64,000 nt of DNA, from NCBI GenBank assembly GCA_025594325.1, contig JANHCV010000009.1, positions 1,302,001 through 1,366,000 of the forward strand. Direction: 5' to 3'. Positions 1 to 10,833 of the stretch are shown here, one piece after another. Position numbers and translations under genes: made by a program. This stretch comes from Blastocladiella emersonii ATCC 22665. Lineage: Eukaryota; Fungi; Blastocladiomycota. Below the pieces are notes generated by a model. It was not told where the DNA came from, searched no databases, and saw only the letters and a list, made by a program, of their open reading frames with translations. The first letter of the stretch is position 1. Every line of letters starts with the position of its first letter.

Positions 1-3000
1 GGTCCGCGCCGTCGTCTACGACTTTGCCCGCTACCTGATCTCGTACCTCGCGCGCGTCACCGTCGACGCGTGCCGCTCGATCCTCGGCCTGCTCGTCGCT
101 GTCACCGACTCGATCCTCGGGTACCTCGTCTCCGCCGTGACCTCGGCCCGCGCCCGTGTCGCCAACGCCGTGGCCTCAACCCGCGCCCGTGTCGCCAACG
201 CCGTGCACGCGCTCGTGTCCCCCGTCACCCGCCGCCTCATCACCGCCTACGCCGACCTCTACACGTATCTCGCGCCCATCGCCGTCGGAATCCGCGAGTA
301 CTACGCCGATCTCTACATGATCCTCTTCCCGGCCGCTGCCGCTCGCGCTGCCGCCGCTCCCGCTGCCGACACCGTCTCGGACCTCGCTGACCAGGACGAG
401 CCCGAGGCTCCCGCCCAGCCCGAGCCCGAGCCCGTCGCCGCCAAGCAGCCCGTCCACAACGCCAAGGTGCCGCGGGACGCGACGGGCTTCACCTGGTACG
501 AAAAGTCCGGCTCGTCGGCGTCCAAGGTGCACCAGCAGCCCGAGCAGCCGACCCACGCCCAGCGTTCCGCTACGGTCCACAAGCGCAACTCGATCGAGGA
601 CGAGCTCTTCTGGATCAAGTACAACAAGTCCTACAACCCCTGCTCGATCGACGCCGACCTGTTCCAGAGCACGCACGCCAAGTCCCGCGAGATTCGGTCC
701 GCCTACGAGAAGGCGCACCCCGACCGCGAGCACATCTGGTCCACGCCCAACTACCACCTGGTTCCCGCGGCCGGTCTCGGTCCCAAGAAGCCCAAGGCGC
801 GCGCGTCGGCCGCGGGCCACCCTCGCCCGACCTCGACGTCCGACCAGCGCCCCGTCAAGCAGCAGTCCGTGTCCGCGTCCGCGTCGCGCGTCACGCCGTT
901 CCAGGTGGCGGGCGAGATCGCGGCGTCGGCCGCCCTCACGCACGTCAACATGCACGCCGCCGCCGCCGACCCCATCAAGCCCATCCGCACCGACTCGGGC
1001 GTCAGCGAGCTGCCCGTCGTGCCCATCGCGCCGATGCCGGCGCCCGTGTACCAGGTCGGCAGCACGCAGGTCGCCGTTCCAGATCCCGCACTCGTCCCGG
1101 CGCCCGTGTACCAGACCATCAACGCGCAGGCCGTCGTTCCAGTTCCCGCGCCCGTTTCGGCGCCCGTCTCGGCGCCCGTGTACCAGGTCGCCCACACGCA
1201 GGCTGTCGTTCCAGCTCCCGCCGCGCCCGTCTTGACGCCCGTGTACCGGTCCATCAACGCGCAGGCCGTCATTCCAGCTCCCGCGCCCGTCTCGGCGCCC
1301 GCGTACCAGGTCGCCGCCGTGCCCGCTGCGGCTCCGGTCCCCGTTGAGACCAAGGAGGCCAAGGCGCAGTGGGCTGTCGCCAAGTTCGCGGCCGCGTACC
1401 CGATGCAGATGATCATGTCGCCGCGCAAGGGGACCAAGTCGCCGGCTCGCTCGCGCTCCCCTCCACTCCCGGCCATGAACTTTAGCCTCTTGGCTCCACC
1501 AGCCGCGGCTCCGACTAGTCCGCGGACTACCACCAGTTCGGCGATCCAGGCCAACGCGTCGACCATGGCCGGCTCGCACCAGGCGATCCAGTCGCAGTCC
1601 CAGCAGCAACCGCAGGTCCAGTACTTGCACCTCGAGAACCTGCAGATCCGGCAGATGCAGCAGTCCGAGTACGCGCCGATCCAGCCGCAGCAGCCCGAGT
1701 ACGCGCAGATCCAGCCGCAGCAGATCCAGTCGCAGCAGATCCAGGAGCAGCAGTTTCAGCAGGCGCAGGTCCAGCAGGCTCAGGCCCAGCAGCAGCAGGT
1801 CCAGTACATGCAGCTCGAGTACTTGCAGTCCCAGCAGACGCAGGCCGGGTATGCGCAGCAGGCCGAGTACGCGCGGCAGTTCGAGCAGGCGCAGGACCAG
1901 ACCATGATGCAGCTCCAGCACGCTCAACTCCAGCAGTCGCTGGCCCAGCACGCGCAGTGCGCATACGCGCAGAACCTGCAGCAGCAGCAGGCCCAGCAGC
2001 AGCAGCAGGCCCAGCAGCAGCAGCAGGCCCAGCAGCAGCAGCAGGCCCAGCAGCAGCAGCAGGCCCAGTACACGCAGGAGTCCCAGCAGCAGCACATCCA
2101 GTCGTCGCAGTTCCCCGTGCCCGTGCACCAGGTGGCCGCCGTGCCCGCTGCGGCTCTGGTTCCTGTCGAGACCGAGGAGGCCAAGCGGCGGCAGACCGTC
2201 GCCAGGTTCGCGGCCGCGTACCCGATGCAGATGACCATGTCGCCGCGCAAGGGGACCAAGTCGCCGGCTCGGTCGCGTTCCCCTCCCCCGCCGACTATGA
2301 ACTTTAGCCTCTCGGCCACGCCGGTCGCGGCCGGGGCTGCGGCTCCGACTCGTTTGCCAACTACCGCCGGCTCGTCGATCCAGGCCAACGCGTCGACCAT
2401 GGCCGGCTCGCACCAGGTGATCCAGTCGCAGGCCCAGCAGCAGCAGGTGGCGGCGCCGTTCCAGGTCGGCCTCGCGCCGCCGCAGCAACAGTACTTCTCG
2501 CAGCAGCAGGTCCCGCCCTCGGTCCAGACGGTGCAGCAGCAGTCGCAGTACCAGCAGCCGTGGGCCGCCTCGGGTCCGTCCATGGTCCAGTCGGCGGCGG
2601 CGCCGAGCGGATTCGCGGTCCACGCCCAGCCGCCGCTCGTGCCGGTGCAGCAGTACGGCGTCGAGGAGGGCCAGATCGGTGGCGGCGACGACCCCATGGT
2701 GATCAGCGCGCCGTCCTCGCCCAAGTCCAACACGGTCGGGTTCGCGCAGCAGCAGCAGCAGCAGCAGCCGCGGCAGCCCATGTCGTACCCGTTGGCCTTC
2801 AACAACAGCCCGATGGGCGGCATCGAGTACACGGCCTCGAGCAGCGCTTCGCCCGCCGGGTTCCAGAACACGGCGTCGTCGACGGCGCAGTTCCAGTCGG
2901 CGCCCGTCATGCAGTTCCACCCCTTCGGCCAGCAGCAGCAGCAGCAGGTCGCGCCCACCGAGCCCGTCCCGCAGCAGCAGCACCAGTTCGGGAACCAGCA

Positions 3001-4517
3001 GCAGCAGGCCATGCCCGCCCCGCAGCAGCTCCAGCCGACGTACGCGTCGTACTCGTTCCAGTCGGCGCCCACGATGCAGTTTCCGCTGGCCGTGGCGCCC
3101 GGCTCGTTTGGTCTGCAGCAGGTCGCGCCTGCCCCGCAGCACCCGGCCTGGTCCGGATCGACGCCGTACTTCTTCGGCCAGCTGCGGGTCGCGCCTGCCG
3201 CCGGGCAGCAGCAGCAGCAGGTCCAGGCGTCGGCTGCCGCCAGTGCTGGGGCCCCGCCGCCGTTCCAGTTCGGCCAGCAGCAGCCCGCGTCTGCCGTGCA
3301 GCCGTTCCCCTCGATGTTCGGGTCGCAGCAGATCCAGCCGGCGCTCTCGATGCAGGACCGCCTCCGCCTCGCCGCGCAGGGCCAGCAGCAGCAGCCGCTC
3401 AAGTCGATCTTCGACTTGCCGCCGTCGCAGCAGCAGCACCAGCTCGCGGCCACGTTTCCGCAGCAGCTCCCGCCGTTCGCGGGCACGGTCTCGCCGCAGC
3501 AGCTGGACCTGCCGCAGTTCCACCAGGCGCACCTCGGGCAGTCGCAGGTGCCGGTCCAGCAGCAGCAGCAGCAGGGGTTCTCGGCCGCCGGTGGCGACAT
3601 GGAGATCTCCTCGTCGGCCTACCACGCGCAGGTGGCCGCGGCCGCGGCCTCGGTCCGTCACCACCAGCAGCAGCCTGTGTTCGCGGCGGGTTTCGCGCCG
3701 CAGTTGTCCGCCCCCGCCGCCCTCGCCGTTCCCGAGCACGACATGATCGACGCGACAGTCGAGCACGGGCCCGCCGCGCCCGTCCCGGTGCTGCCGTTTG
3801 GGGTTCAGCAGATGCCGCAGCCGCAGTCGCAGGCGCAGGCGCAGCAGCAGCAGTTCTTTGGTGTCGCGTTCCCGCCGCCGCAACAGCAGCCGGCGCCGTT
3901 CGTCGCCAACCCGCAGACCGAGATGGTTCTCGAGCTCGACGACATGCAGGCCGGCGCCGGCGACGCCGACGACTCGGACACCGGGTCGGTGGTCGACGTG
4001 ACCGAGACGGTGCGCATGACCGAGGCCAAGCCGCGCAAGCGGCCCGCGCCGCCCGCAATCGCCGCCGTCAACATGCCTGGCACCCCCGAGTACGAGGAGG
4101 CGCAGGCCGAGCGCGCCGGAAAGAGGCGGCGGCGGCAGCACTAGCAGCTCCTCGGTCCTCGGTCCTCGGCAACGGCAACTTCTTCTTTGCGCTCGAGAAT
4201 CGACTTGCGCACCTCGGTCGGTCGACTCGTGCCCGCTGGGCCTTCTGCCCGCGCACCTCGATCTTGACCTCCTCGACTCGCGCCCGCAGCGGCATCCTCG
4301 CGCGCACCGTGGCGGGACCGGGTCGTCATCCCGCGTCCTCGTCGCCCGTCATCTTCTTCCTCCTCCGTGCCGTCGCGCGGCACCGGCCGGATCATCCTCC
4401 CCGTCCTTTATCGTTACCCTCCCTCCCTCGCCCACACGGCGCGCGGTTCGGGTCGTCATCCCGGCCGCGGCGCTCCTCGTTGTTCCCTCCCATTTTTGTT
4501 CCGCCTAGACTGTATAG
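1..4517 (+). repeat. Left arm of near-identical inverted duplication (partner 36403-40883)
   Basis: Base 1 pairs with 40883 and 4517 pairs with 36403. The 36-nt offset equals two missing AQQQQQ units in the right arm. Translations are otherwise identical and the 3' flank also matches. Confidence 0.95.
2..4144 (+). CDS. Q/P/A-rich low-complexity protein, 5'-partial (copy A; starts upstream of the window)
   Basis: Open frame from base 2 to TAG at 4142-4144 with strong C/G third-position bias; polyQ tracts and a basic NLS-like C-terminus (GKRRRRQH). Same protein as the minus-strand copy at 36776-41334. Confidence 0.85.
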   Translation, partial: VRAVVYDFARYLISYLARVTVDACRSILGLLVAVTDSILGYLVSAVTSARARVANAVASTRARVANAVHALVSPVTRRLITAYADLYTYLAPIAVGIREYYADLYMILFPAAAARAAAAPAADTVSDLADQDEPEAPAQPEPEPVAAKQPVHNAKVPRDATGFTWYEKSGSSASKVHQQPEQPTHAQRSATVHKRNSIEDELFWIKYNKSYNPCSIDADLFQSTHAKSREIRSAYEKAHPDREHIWSTPNYHLVPAAGLGPKKPKARASAAGHPRPTSTSDQRPVKQQSVSASASRVTPFQVAGEIAASAALTHVNMHAAAADPIKPIRTDSGVSELPVVPIAPMPAPVYQVGSTQVAVPDPALVPAPVYQTINAQAVVPVPAPVSAPVSAPVYQVAHTQAVVPAPAAPVLTPVYRSINAQAVIPAPAPVSAPAYQVAAVPAAAPVPVETKEAKAQWAVAKFAAAYPMQMIMSPRKGTKSPARSRSPPLPAMNFSLLAPPAAAPTSPRTTTSSAIQANASTMAGSHQAIQSQSQQQPQVQYLHLENLQIRQMQQSEYAPIQPQQPEYAQIQPQQIQSQQIQEQQFQQAQVQQAQAQQQQVQYMQLEYLQSQQTQAGYAQQAEYARQFEQAQDQTMMQLQHAQLQQSLAQHAQCAYAQNLQQQQAQQQQQAQQQQQAQQQQQAQQQQQAQYTQESQQQHIQSSQFPVPVHQVAAVPAAALVPVETEEAKRRQTVARFAAAYPMQMTMSPRKGTKSPARSRSPPPPTMNFSLSATPVAAGAAAPTRLPTTAGSSIQANASTMAGSHQVIQSQAQQQQVAAPFQVGLAPPQQQYFSQQQVPPSVQTVQQQSQYQQPWAASGPSMVQSAAAPSGFAVHAQPPLVPVQQYGVEEGQIGGGDDPMVISAPSSPKSNTVGFAQQQQQQQPRQPMSYPLAFNNSPMGGIEYTASSSASPAGFQNTASSTAQFQSAPVMQFHPFGQQQQQQVAPTEPVPQQQHQFGNQQQQAMPAPQQLQPTYASYSFQSAPTMQFPLAVAPGSFGLQQVAPAPQHPAWSGSTPYFFGQLRVAPAAGQQQQQVQASAAASAGAPPPFQFGQQQPASAVQPFPSMFGSQQIQPALSMQDRLRLAAQGQQQQPLKSIFDLPPSQQQHQLAATFPQQLPPFAGTVSPQQLDLPQFHQAHLGQSQVPVQQQQQQGFSAAGGDMEISSSAYHAQVAAAAASVRHHQQQPVFAAGFAPQLSAPAALAVPEHDMIDATVEHGPAAPVPVLPFGVQQMPQPQSQAQAQQQQFFGVAFPPPQQQPAPFVANPQTEMVLELDDMQAGAGDADDSDTGSVVDVTETVRMTEAKPRKRPAPPAIAAVNMPGTPEYEEAQAERAGKRRRRQH

Positions 4518-5153
4518 AAATCCGTTCCCTATTGATCATGTCTGTCCCGTCTCTCGAGCGCGGTGAGTGAGCGAGCTCGAGGAGCTCTTCAGCGCGTCGT
4601 TGTTCGCGTGCGTCTCGCGCCCTATGTAACGTGTTTTCTCGACGCGTCCGTGGCGAGAAGGCTCACGGAGCTGTTCGCTCGATCCGCTCTCGCGCAACGG
4701 TTCGAGTTCCGAGACGGAAGCGGCCACGAGCTTGCAGTGGCCTCGAGCGGGATCGCCCGCGCGCGCCCATGTCAGCATGGTGCCGGTCCTGCAGTGAGTG
4801 CCTGCTATCTCTCTCCATGCTTGCCAAGCAAACTGCTTCGAGTGTGTGACGTGAGGGCACGAAGCGGAACCGGAGTCGCCGGGCCCGATCCGCTTCGCGG
4901 TACCCTCGGCCACTCCCCGCCGCTGTCCGCTGTTCCGACGAGGTCGACCCCGCCGACCGACGCGCTCAGCCACCACGTGCTCGGCTGGCCCATGCGACGT
5001 CGAGCACCAGGCAGTCGTAGATGTTTCAGCGTACGCCACACCGCCGACGCCACGCTGCCGCCGCCATCGCTCTTCCCCCCGCTCTCTCACCGCGCTCTCG
5101 AAAGCCTCTCAACCACATCTAGATTATACCGTCGCGACTCGGTGCACTCGACC

Positions 5154-5582
5154 ATGCACCTCTCCTCGATCGCGCTCCTCGCCCTCGCCGCCGCGGCGTC
5201 TTCCCTCCCGCTCGCCGCCGCGCAGGGCTCGAGTACCGGCAGCTCGACGACGTCGACGACGTCGGCGTCGCGGACCACCACGTCGCGCAGCACGTCGACC
5301 ACGCCCACAACGACGAGTACCACTTCAAGTGCCACGTCGACGAGCACGACGACCACTACCACCACGTCTTCGACGACGACTACCACCACGACCAGCAGCA
5401 CCAGCTCGACGACATCGAGTTCCACGTCCACGGCCGCGACGGGCGGCGCCGTGACCGTCAGCCAGGCGCCGCTGCCGACCATCACGCAGTCGGCGGGCGC
5501 GGCTCCGGGTGTGGGAAGCCCGATGGCGCGCGGCGCCGTGGTGCTCGCGGCGGTCGCAGGGGCCGGGGTCGCGCTGTTCTGA
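5154..5582 (+). CDS. Small secreted Ser/Thr-rich, probably GPI-anchored cell-surface protein (142 aa)
   Basis: ATG 5154 (MHLSSIALLALAAAASSLPLAAAQ, signal-peptide-like), long S/T tract, hydrophobic C-terminus (GAVVLAAVAGAGVALF) typical of a GPI signal. Confidence 0.8.
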   Translation: MHLSSIALLALAAAASSLPLAAAQGSSTGSSTTSTTSASRTTTSRSTSTTPTTTSTTSSATSTSTTTTTTTSSTTTTTTTSSTSSTTSSSTSTAATGGAVTVSQAPLPTITQSAGAAPGVGSPMARGAVVLAAVAGAGVALF

Positions 5583-5838
5583 GCGCGTGAGCGCGGTAGA
5601 GAGTGTGCATAGACTGATGCCGGATACATTTCCCATGTTTTGTGTGCTTCACACTTTCACGGAGAGCGCGAGGCGAGCGAGGCGGATCGTCGCGCGAGCT
5701 ACGGGCCAGGCCGCGGTCAGGGCCGCGGTCGGCTCACCTGACGTTCCCACGACGCGTCGCGCCGGCCACCCACGCGTCCGCTTTCCTCTCCACCCTTCCT
5801 CTCCCTCCCGCCGCTCCTCAACAACCACCGTATCCGCA

Positions 5839-7048
5839 ATGACAATCACGTCCGAGAAGCCGCAGATCATCAACCACATCACCAAGCCCGTCGACTTTAC
5901 GCCGCACGACGTCAAGTGGCTGCCGCAGACGGCGCGGCTGGCCGTGGTCGGCGAGTCGACGCGCGGCGCCGGCGTCCTGCGCGTCTACGAGCTCGAGCGC
6001 GGCGATCTCAAGCTCGTGCGCGAGGTACGTGCGATGGTTGCTGTAGAATGGCGAGCCAGGCTAACACGCTAGGGGAAACTAGACGGAGAAGGCGACGCCG
6101 TTCAAGTGCTCGACCATGGGCGCGTCGCCGTTCGGCGTGCGGCACCTCGCCACGGGGGATATGGGCGGGCAGCTCGCTGTCTGGTACGTGTCCCTCCCAC
6201 ACTCTCACCAACACCCCTCTCTCTAACCGCGCCCGCCCGCCCACTCGCGTAGGGACCTCGAGCACACGGACGTGCCCGTGTACCGCGCGAAAGCGCACAC
6301 GGGCGTTGTGAACGCGATCGACGGGTGCGCGGGCCGCTCCACGGGCTGCGGCGCTCCGGAACTCGCGACCACGGGCCGCGACGGGTGCGTGCAGATCTGG
6401 GACGTCCGCCAGCGCGACTCCCCCGTCGCCCGCATCACGCCGCGCGCGGGCGAGACGGCGCGCGACTGCTGGACGGTGGCCTTCGGCAACTCGCACACGA
6501 ACACCGACCGGCACGTCGCGGCGGGGTACGATAACGGGGACATCAAGCTGTTCGACCTGCGCGCCATGGCGCTGGTCTGGGAGACGAACGTCAAGAACGG
6601 CGTGTGCAGCGTGCAGTTTGACCGGTGGGATATCCGCGGCAACAAGCTCGTTGCGGGTACGCTCGAGGCCGGCGTGCACGTGTTTGACCTGCGCACGCAG
6701 CACCCGGAGCTCGGGTTCGCGGGGCTCCGCGAGACGCAGCCCGGGAACGCGACCGTGTGGGCGGTCCGCCACTCGCCGCATAACCGCGAGCTGTTTGTCG
6801 CGTCGTCCGGGCTCGGCGCGCTCAGCCTGTACCGGTACCGCTACCCGGCGCCGTCGCGCGTGGCCAAGGACGAGAACGGGGTCCCGATGGGCGTGATCGG
6901 GTCCGTCGAGTGCCTCAACTCGGCCGTCGTCGCTGAGCAGCCCGTCGCGAGCTTTGACTGGTCTCCCGACAAGCAGGGCCTGTGCGCGTACACGGCCTTC
7001 GACCAGACGCTGCGCGTCGGCATCGTCACCAAGCTCGCGCAGTACTGA
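5839..7048 (+). CDS. WDR92: WD repeat protein 92 (dynein axonemal assembly factor 10), 3 exons
   Basis: MTITSEKPQIINHITKPVDFTPHDVKWLP...; introns 6025-6082 and 6184-6252 (GTACGT...AG) join the frames into KATPFKCSTMGAS..RHLATG and HTGVVNAIDG..APELATTGRDGCVQIWDVRQ, ending GIVTKLAQY; these match WDR92 motifs. Confidence 0.93.
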
Positions 7049-7142
7049 GCGGGTTCACTTGTTCTTCAATACACACACACCATGGCTTCAAAAGAAAAAA
7101 AAATGCTGCTTTCCATTCCCATGCCGTGCGTACACGATCCAA

Positions 7143-8088
7143 CTACGACAGGTCCATGGCGTCGCCCTCGGTGACCGTGACCAGGGTCCGGATCGACTCG
7201 GTGAGCACCTCTACACGCACGCGAGACACGCGGGGCACGGGTCAGTCGGGGATTCCCACACTCGTGAGGTAGCGAGGAAGACGCACTGGTGGTGCCGGCC
7301 GGGTAGTCGTAGACGCCCTCGCGCACGCCGCGCTCGTTGGGGCGCGCGTAGTTGCGCAGGTAGTCGACGCCCTGCTTGGTGATGACCGTCACGTCCACGT
7401 TGCTGCCGGACCCGAGGTCGTTGAAGATACCCGCGCGGATCGCGTCGTCGACCAGGTCGATGGCTGCCTGGCGCTACACGTCTCCCCCAAAACGTCAGTG
7501 GCCGCTCGGGTGAACCGAGTGAGGAAAAGTACGCACGTCCATGTCGGGCCGCCACTTGGACTCCATGACGGACATGGCGGCGAGCGAGCCGGACCCCATG
7601 GTGACGAACGGCAGCTTGTCCGTGGACCCGTGCGGGTAGATGGTGAAGAGGTGGGCGCCCTCGACGTCGATGCCGCCGAGAATCAGGGCGGCGCCAATGT
7701 GGCCCTGGTGCTTGAACAGCATCTGCTTGAGCAGCGTCATGGCCGTCACGACGCGCGCGGGGCGGCCCGTCGACAGCCGGTGCAGCTCGAGCTGCGACGA
7801 GATCAGGTTCGTCGTGAACTCGGTGTCGGCGGCGGTCCCCGCACCGCAGCAGTAGATGTTGGGCGCAATGTAGTGGATCTTCTCGCAGTTCTTGTCCGCG
7901 ACGATCGGGCCCTCGGTCGCCCGCGTGTCGGCGCCCAGCACCACGCCGTCCTTGAACAGCACACCGACGATCGTCGTGCCCGTCTTGGTCGCCTTGGGCA
8001 CCTTGGCCCCGCGCAACTGCAGCATCGCGTTGCGCGTGTGCAGGTCGAACGAGAAGCCCGTCTTGGGCGCGTCGAGCTGGGTCGCCAT
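7143..8088 (-). CDS. PUP1: 20S proteasome subunit beta type 2/7 (PUP1/PSMB7), 3 exons
   Basis: Propeptide then KTG|TTIVG active-site Thr, [48 protein letters not shown]; introns 7474-7536 and 7211-7286; stop at 7143-7145. Confidence 0.96.
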
Positions 8089-9039
8089 GGCTGGTCGTCG
8101 GGGTGGGTGGTTGATGCGTTGCAGGGAGAGTGCGGGGCGGAGCAGATGTCCGTCGTCGTCGTTTGCGGGTCAGGGCGAGAGGACGGCGCGGCGACGTGAG
8201 CAACGCGTCGCCCGCTCTGCTGACGTCCTCCGCGGCCGCGCTCCGACAGACGTGGCAGCTGACTCACGCACCCGTGTGGCGCCGCTCATCTCGCCTCGAC
8301 TGCCCGCGCACCGCTCCCGCTCCCCCACCGCGCGCCCGCGCTCGCACACCACGACTATGAATCGCATGCACTAGAGCTCACTTTATGCAACCGGCCGAGG
8401 TGCCCGCAAGCTCGCTGTCGCGCCCGTTGTTCTCCTGGTTCTTGGTGATGTGGATTCCGCTTGTCACGGCGCGCTCGATGCTCAAGCGAATCAACCCGTC
8501 CAAACTTACTCGAGGGCCTTCTCGTGATTGGCCGGGATGTTGCTCAAGCTCGGCGCTTCTCCAGCGACGCTAGTAGTCGAGACATGCGGTTTGAATCCAT
8601 GGCGAGATGATCGTGAGGATTGCGCCGGATTCGCATACGGCTTGAAGATCGCCGCAATAAAAGCATCATGTCCGCCACCTTTGCCCGGTCCACCATCGGC
8701 GACCAGCAGAACACTGGACAGGAGAACCAGCTCGCACGTTCACGGCGGGCTCCATTTTGATAAATTGCGCGTTCCCGATCGTGTTTGCTACCGACAATCC
8801 CGGTACGACACGGCGATCGCATCTCGGAGCGCGCTCCTCGCGAACTCCAAGATTTCTGCGCGCGTTGATCCAGTTGTTGGATTTCGGTCTCTCGCACCAC
8901 AGGGCGAACACGGATCGCGAATCCCGTCGACGGACACCTTGCGCTCCGAAGTCTGATCCATTCATCTCGTCCCGTCTCGTCTTCTGGGCCCGTTTGCTAG
9001 CGTGGAACCAGCGGACCGTTTCTTGAAGTGGACGCCGAT

Positions 9040-9790
9040 TTCGAGTCTGGACTCAGGCGGGCTACTGGATGATCACGCAGCCCGTCCAAGTCGCGTCGAG
9101 CCTTTCTCAACCTGGGCGATCGAGCAGATAGCCAACTTCGCATTGCATTCCGCGCCTCACTCTGACTCGCCTTGACTAATTGAACGACCTCATCACCATG
9201 TTCTTCACCCGTGCCAGTCAAATTTGCTCGTCAACCATGACTGCCGCGTCACGGGTCTCACTGCTCGTCCCGTACCGCGCCGTTGGGCGGCACGCACGCG
9301 AGCGCCGTGAAAAGTGCGCGCCGCCCGCGCGCGTGCGGCCCTTTGGATAATTTTGTCGCGGCGCGGGTACGACGATTGCGGTGGAGTCTAGGCGCGGTGA
9401 TTGCGGGTTGCCAAAGCGGGGGCGTCGCGTTGTTCGCTCTAATCGATTCATCCATGTTTCACTGGACTCACGCTACCGACGTCCAAATCGGCAGCCCGTG
9501 CAAGTCGCATCGAGGCTTTTTCAACCCGGCCGATCAAGATGATTGCCGACTTTGCATTGCTTTCTGCGCTTCACTATGTCACACTCGGGTCGGTTGGACA
9601 ACGAGATCACCATATATTCACCCGTGCCAGTTGCAATTCCTCATCAACCTCGACGCCCGCGTCGCGGGTCTCACCGCCCATCCCGAATCGCGTCGTTGGG
9701 CCGCATGCCCGCGGGCGCCGTGAAAAGTCCGCGCCGCCCGCGTGCGCGTGCGGCCTTGTGGAATAGCTTGTCGCGGCGCGGGTCGCGACG
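9040..9790 (+). repeat. Diverged tandem duplication of a ~420-bp unit
   Basis: 9040-9390 aligns with 9460-9790 (e.g. cgccgtgaaaagtgcgcgccgcccgcg vs cgccgtgaaaagtccgcgccgcccgcg; ttcacccgtgccagt in both). Confidence 0.8.
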
Positions 9791-9873
9791 GTTGCGCAAC
9801 CATCACGCGGTGGGATCAAGGCCGAGTGATCGTGGTTCGTCGGAGCGAGTTTTGCGATAACTTATTCATTCAT

Positions 9874-10833
9874 TCATTCATCATCCAACCCCTCGAGCGT
9901 AAGCGTGCAGTTCGGGTACCGAGACGTGAACCGCGAAATCCCCGGATCAGTTGCGTCAATGTTGCAGTAGCTCGCGTCGACGCACTCAAGCGACTCAAAC
10001 CCGAGGTCAGCGAGGTGCGCGAGCGTTGCGCCGGTAATCCTCGACTGCGACAGGAGCGTTGCGCCGGTAATCCTCGACTGCGACAGGATGAGTCGCCGAA
10101 TTAGGCGCGGTAGCTTCGACAGCAAGGGCCCAGCGGATGCATCTGCCATGGCGAGGATTTGCTTGAGCCGCAGGTCCTCGAGCGATGTGGGGAGGTGGTT
10201 GCCCAGCGCCTCGAGTCCATCGTCCACTGAGCTGAAAAACAGCCCCTCGAGGGCCAGGAGTTGAATTGAAGCTGGGAGATGCTGGGCGAGCATTGCCACG
10301 TCGCTCCCAGACAGCTCATCAATGGTAAGGTGAAGTTCGCGCAGGGTCGGCGGGAGTGCGGGCGCGAGCTCGCTGACTCCACGCCGGCCAAGCTCGGTGC
10401 CCAACAGATTGAACCGCTCGAGGCGAGGGGGTAGAGACCCGGCGAGGGCCGTAATAGCGGGTGGAGTGAGCTCTACCCACCTCAAGTCGAGATCAACGAG
10501 CCATGGCGGGAGCGTGGAGACGAGGAGCACGTCGATGCCTTCGCCCAGCGGTTCGCCGCCAAGAGCGAGTGATCGAAGTGTCGGCGGGTAAGCAGATATG
10601 AGCGCCTTGGCAGCAGCCATGGACCACTCTGCGCAATATAGATCCAGGAGCCTGAGCTGAGGCGGCATGCCAAGTGCGAGATTCGTGATCCCTTCAGGAC
10701 AAAGTCGGTGGTCATCGTGAACGGCGATGTTGAGCGTCTTGAGCGTCGTTAGGAGATTGCGCATGCAGAGGGCGAATTGCGGGGCGTTGCCCAAGCCATA
10801 GGCGCTGCGACCTTGAAGCTCTCGTTTCGTCAC
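9874..10833 (-). CDS. RNI-like leucine-rich repeat protein, probably N-terminally truncated
   Basis: Repeats of LP.xLxxLxL at 26-28 aa spacing (LPPWLVDLDL, LPPRLERFNL, LPPTLRELHL, LPASIQLLAL, LPTSLEDLRL); GTG start coincides with the edge of the 10827 repeat arm. Confidence 0.8.
   Translation of the reverse strand: MTKRELQGRSAYGLGNAPQFALCMRNLLTTLKTLNIAVHDDHRLCPEGITNLALGMPPQLRLLDLYCAEWSMAAAKALISAYPPTLRSLALGGEPLGEGIDVLLVSTLPPWLVDLDLRWVELTPPAITALAGSLPPRLERFNLLGTELGRRGVSELAPALPPTLRELHLTIDELSGSDVAMLAQHLPASIQLLALEGLFFSSVDDGLEALGNHLPTSLEDLRLKQILAMADASAGPLLSKLPRLIRRLILSQSRITGATLLSQSRITGATLAHLADLGFESLECVDASYCNIDATDPGISRFTSRYPNCTLTLEGLDDE
10021..10086. repeat. Perfect 33-bp tandem duplication, in frame within the LRR gene
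   Basis: gagcgttgcgccggtaatcctcgactgcgacag x2, giving LSQSRITGATL x2. Confidence 0.95.

Noticed and set aside
1975-2070. Regularly spaced repeats as a CRISPR-like array
   Set aside because: Coding microsatellite without unique spacers, in a eukaryotic context.
1924-3600. 558-aa Cys-rich ORF on the minus strand (and its mirror at 37320-38960)
   Set aside because: Antisense shadow of CAG polyQ codons (TGC/CTG); not a metallothionein- or keratin-like gene.
176-4141. Very long Leu/Arg-rich antisense ORFs (also 36779-40708, 58571-63832, 58641-62486, 51772-53370)
   Set aside because: Stop-poor shadows caused by extreme GC and C/G third-position bias of the real genes.
4563-5153. Upstream extension of ORF 4563-5582
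   Set aside because: Non-coding-like composition; the signal peptide begins at ATG 5154.
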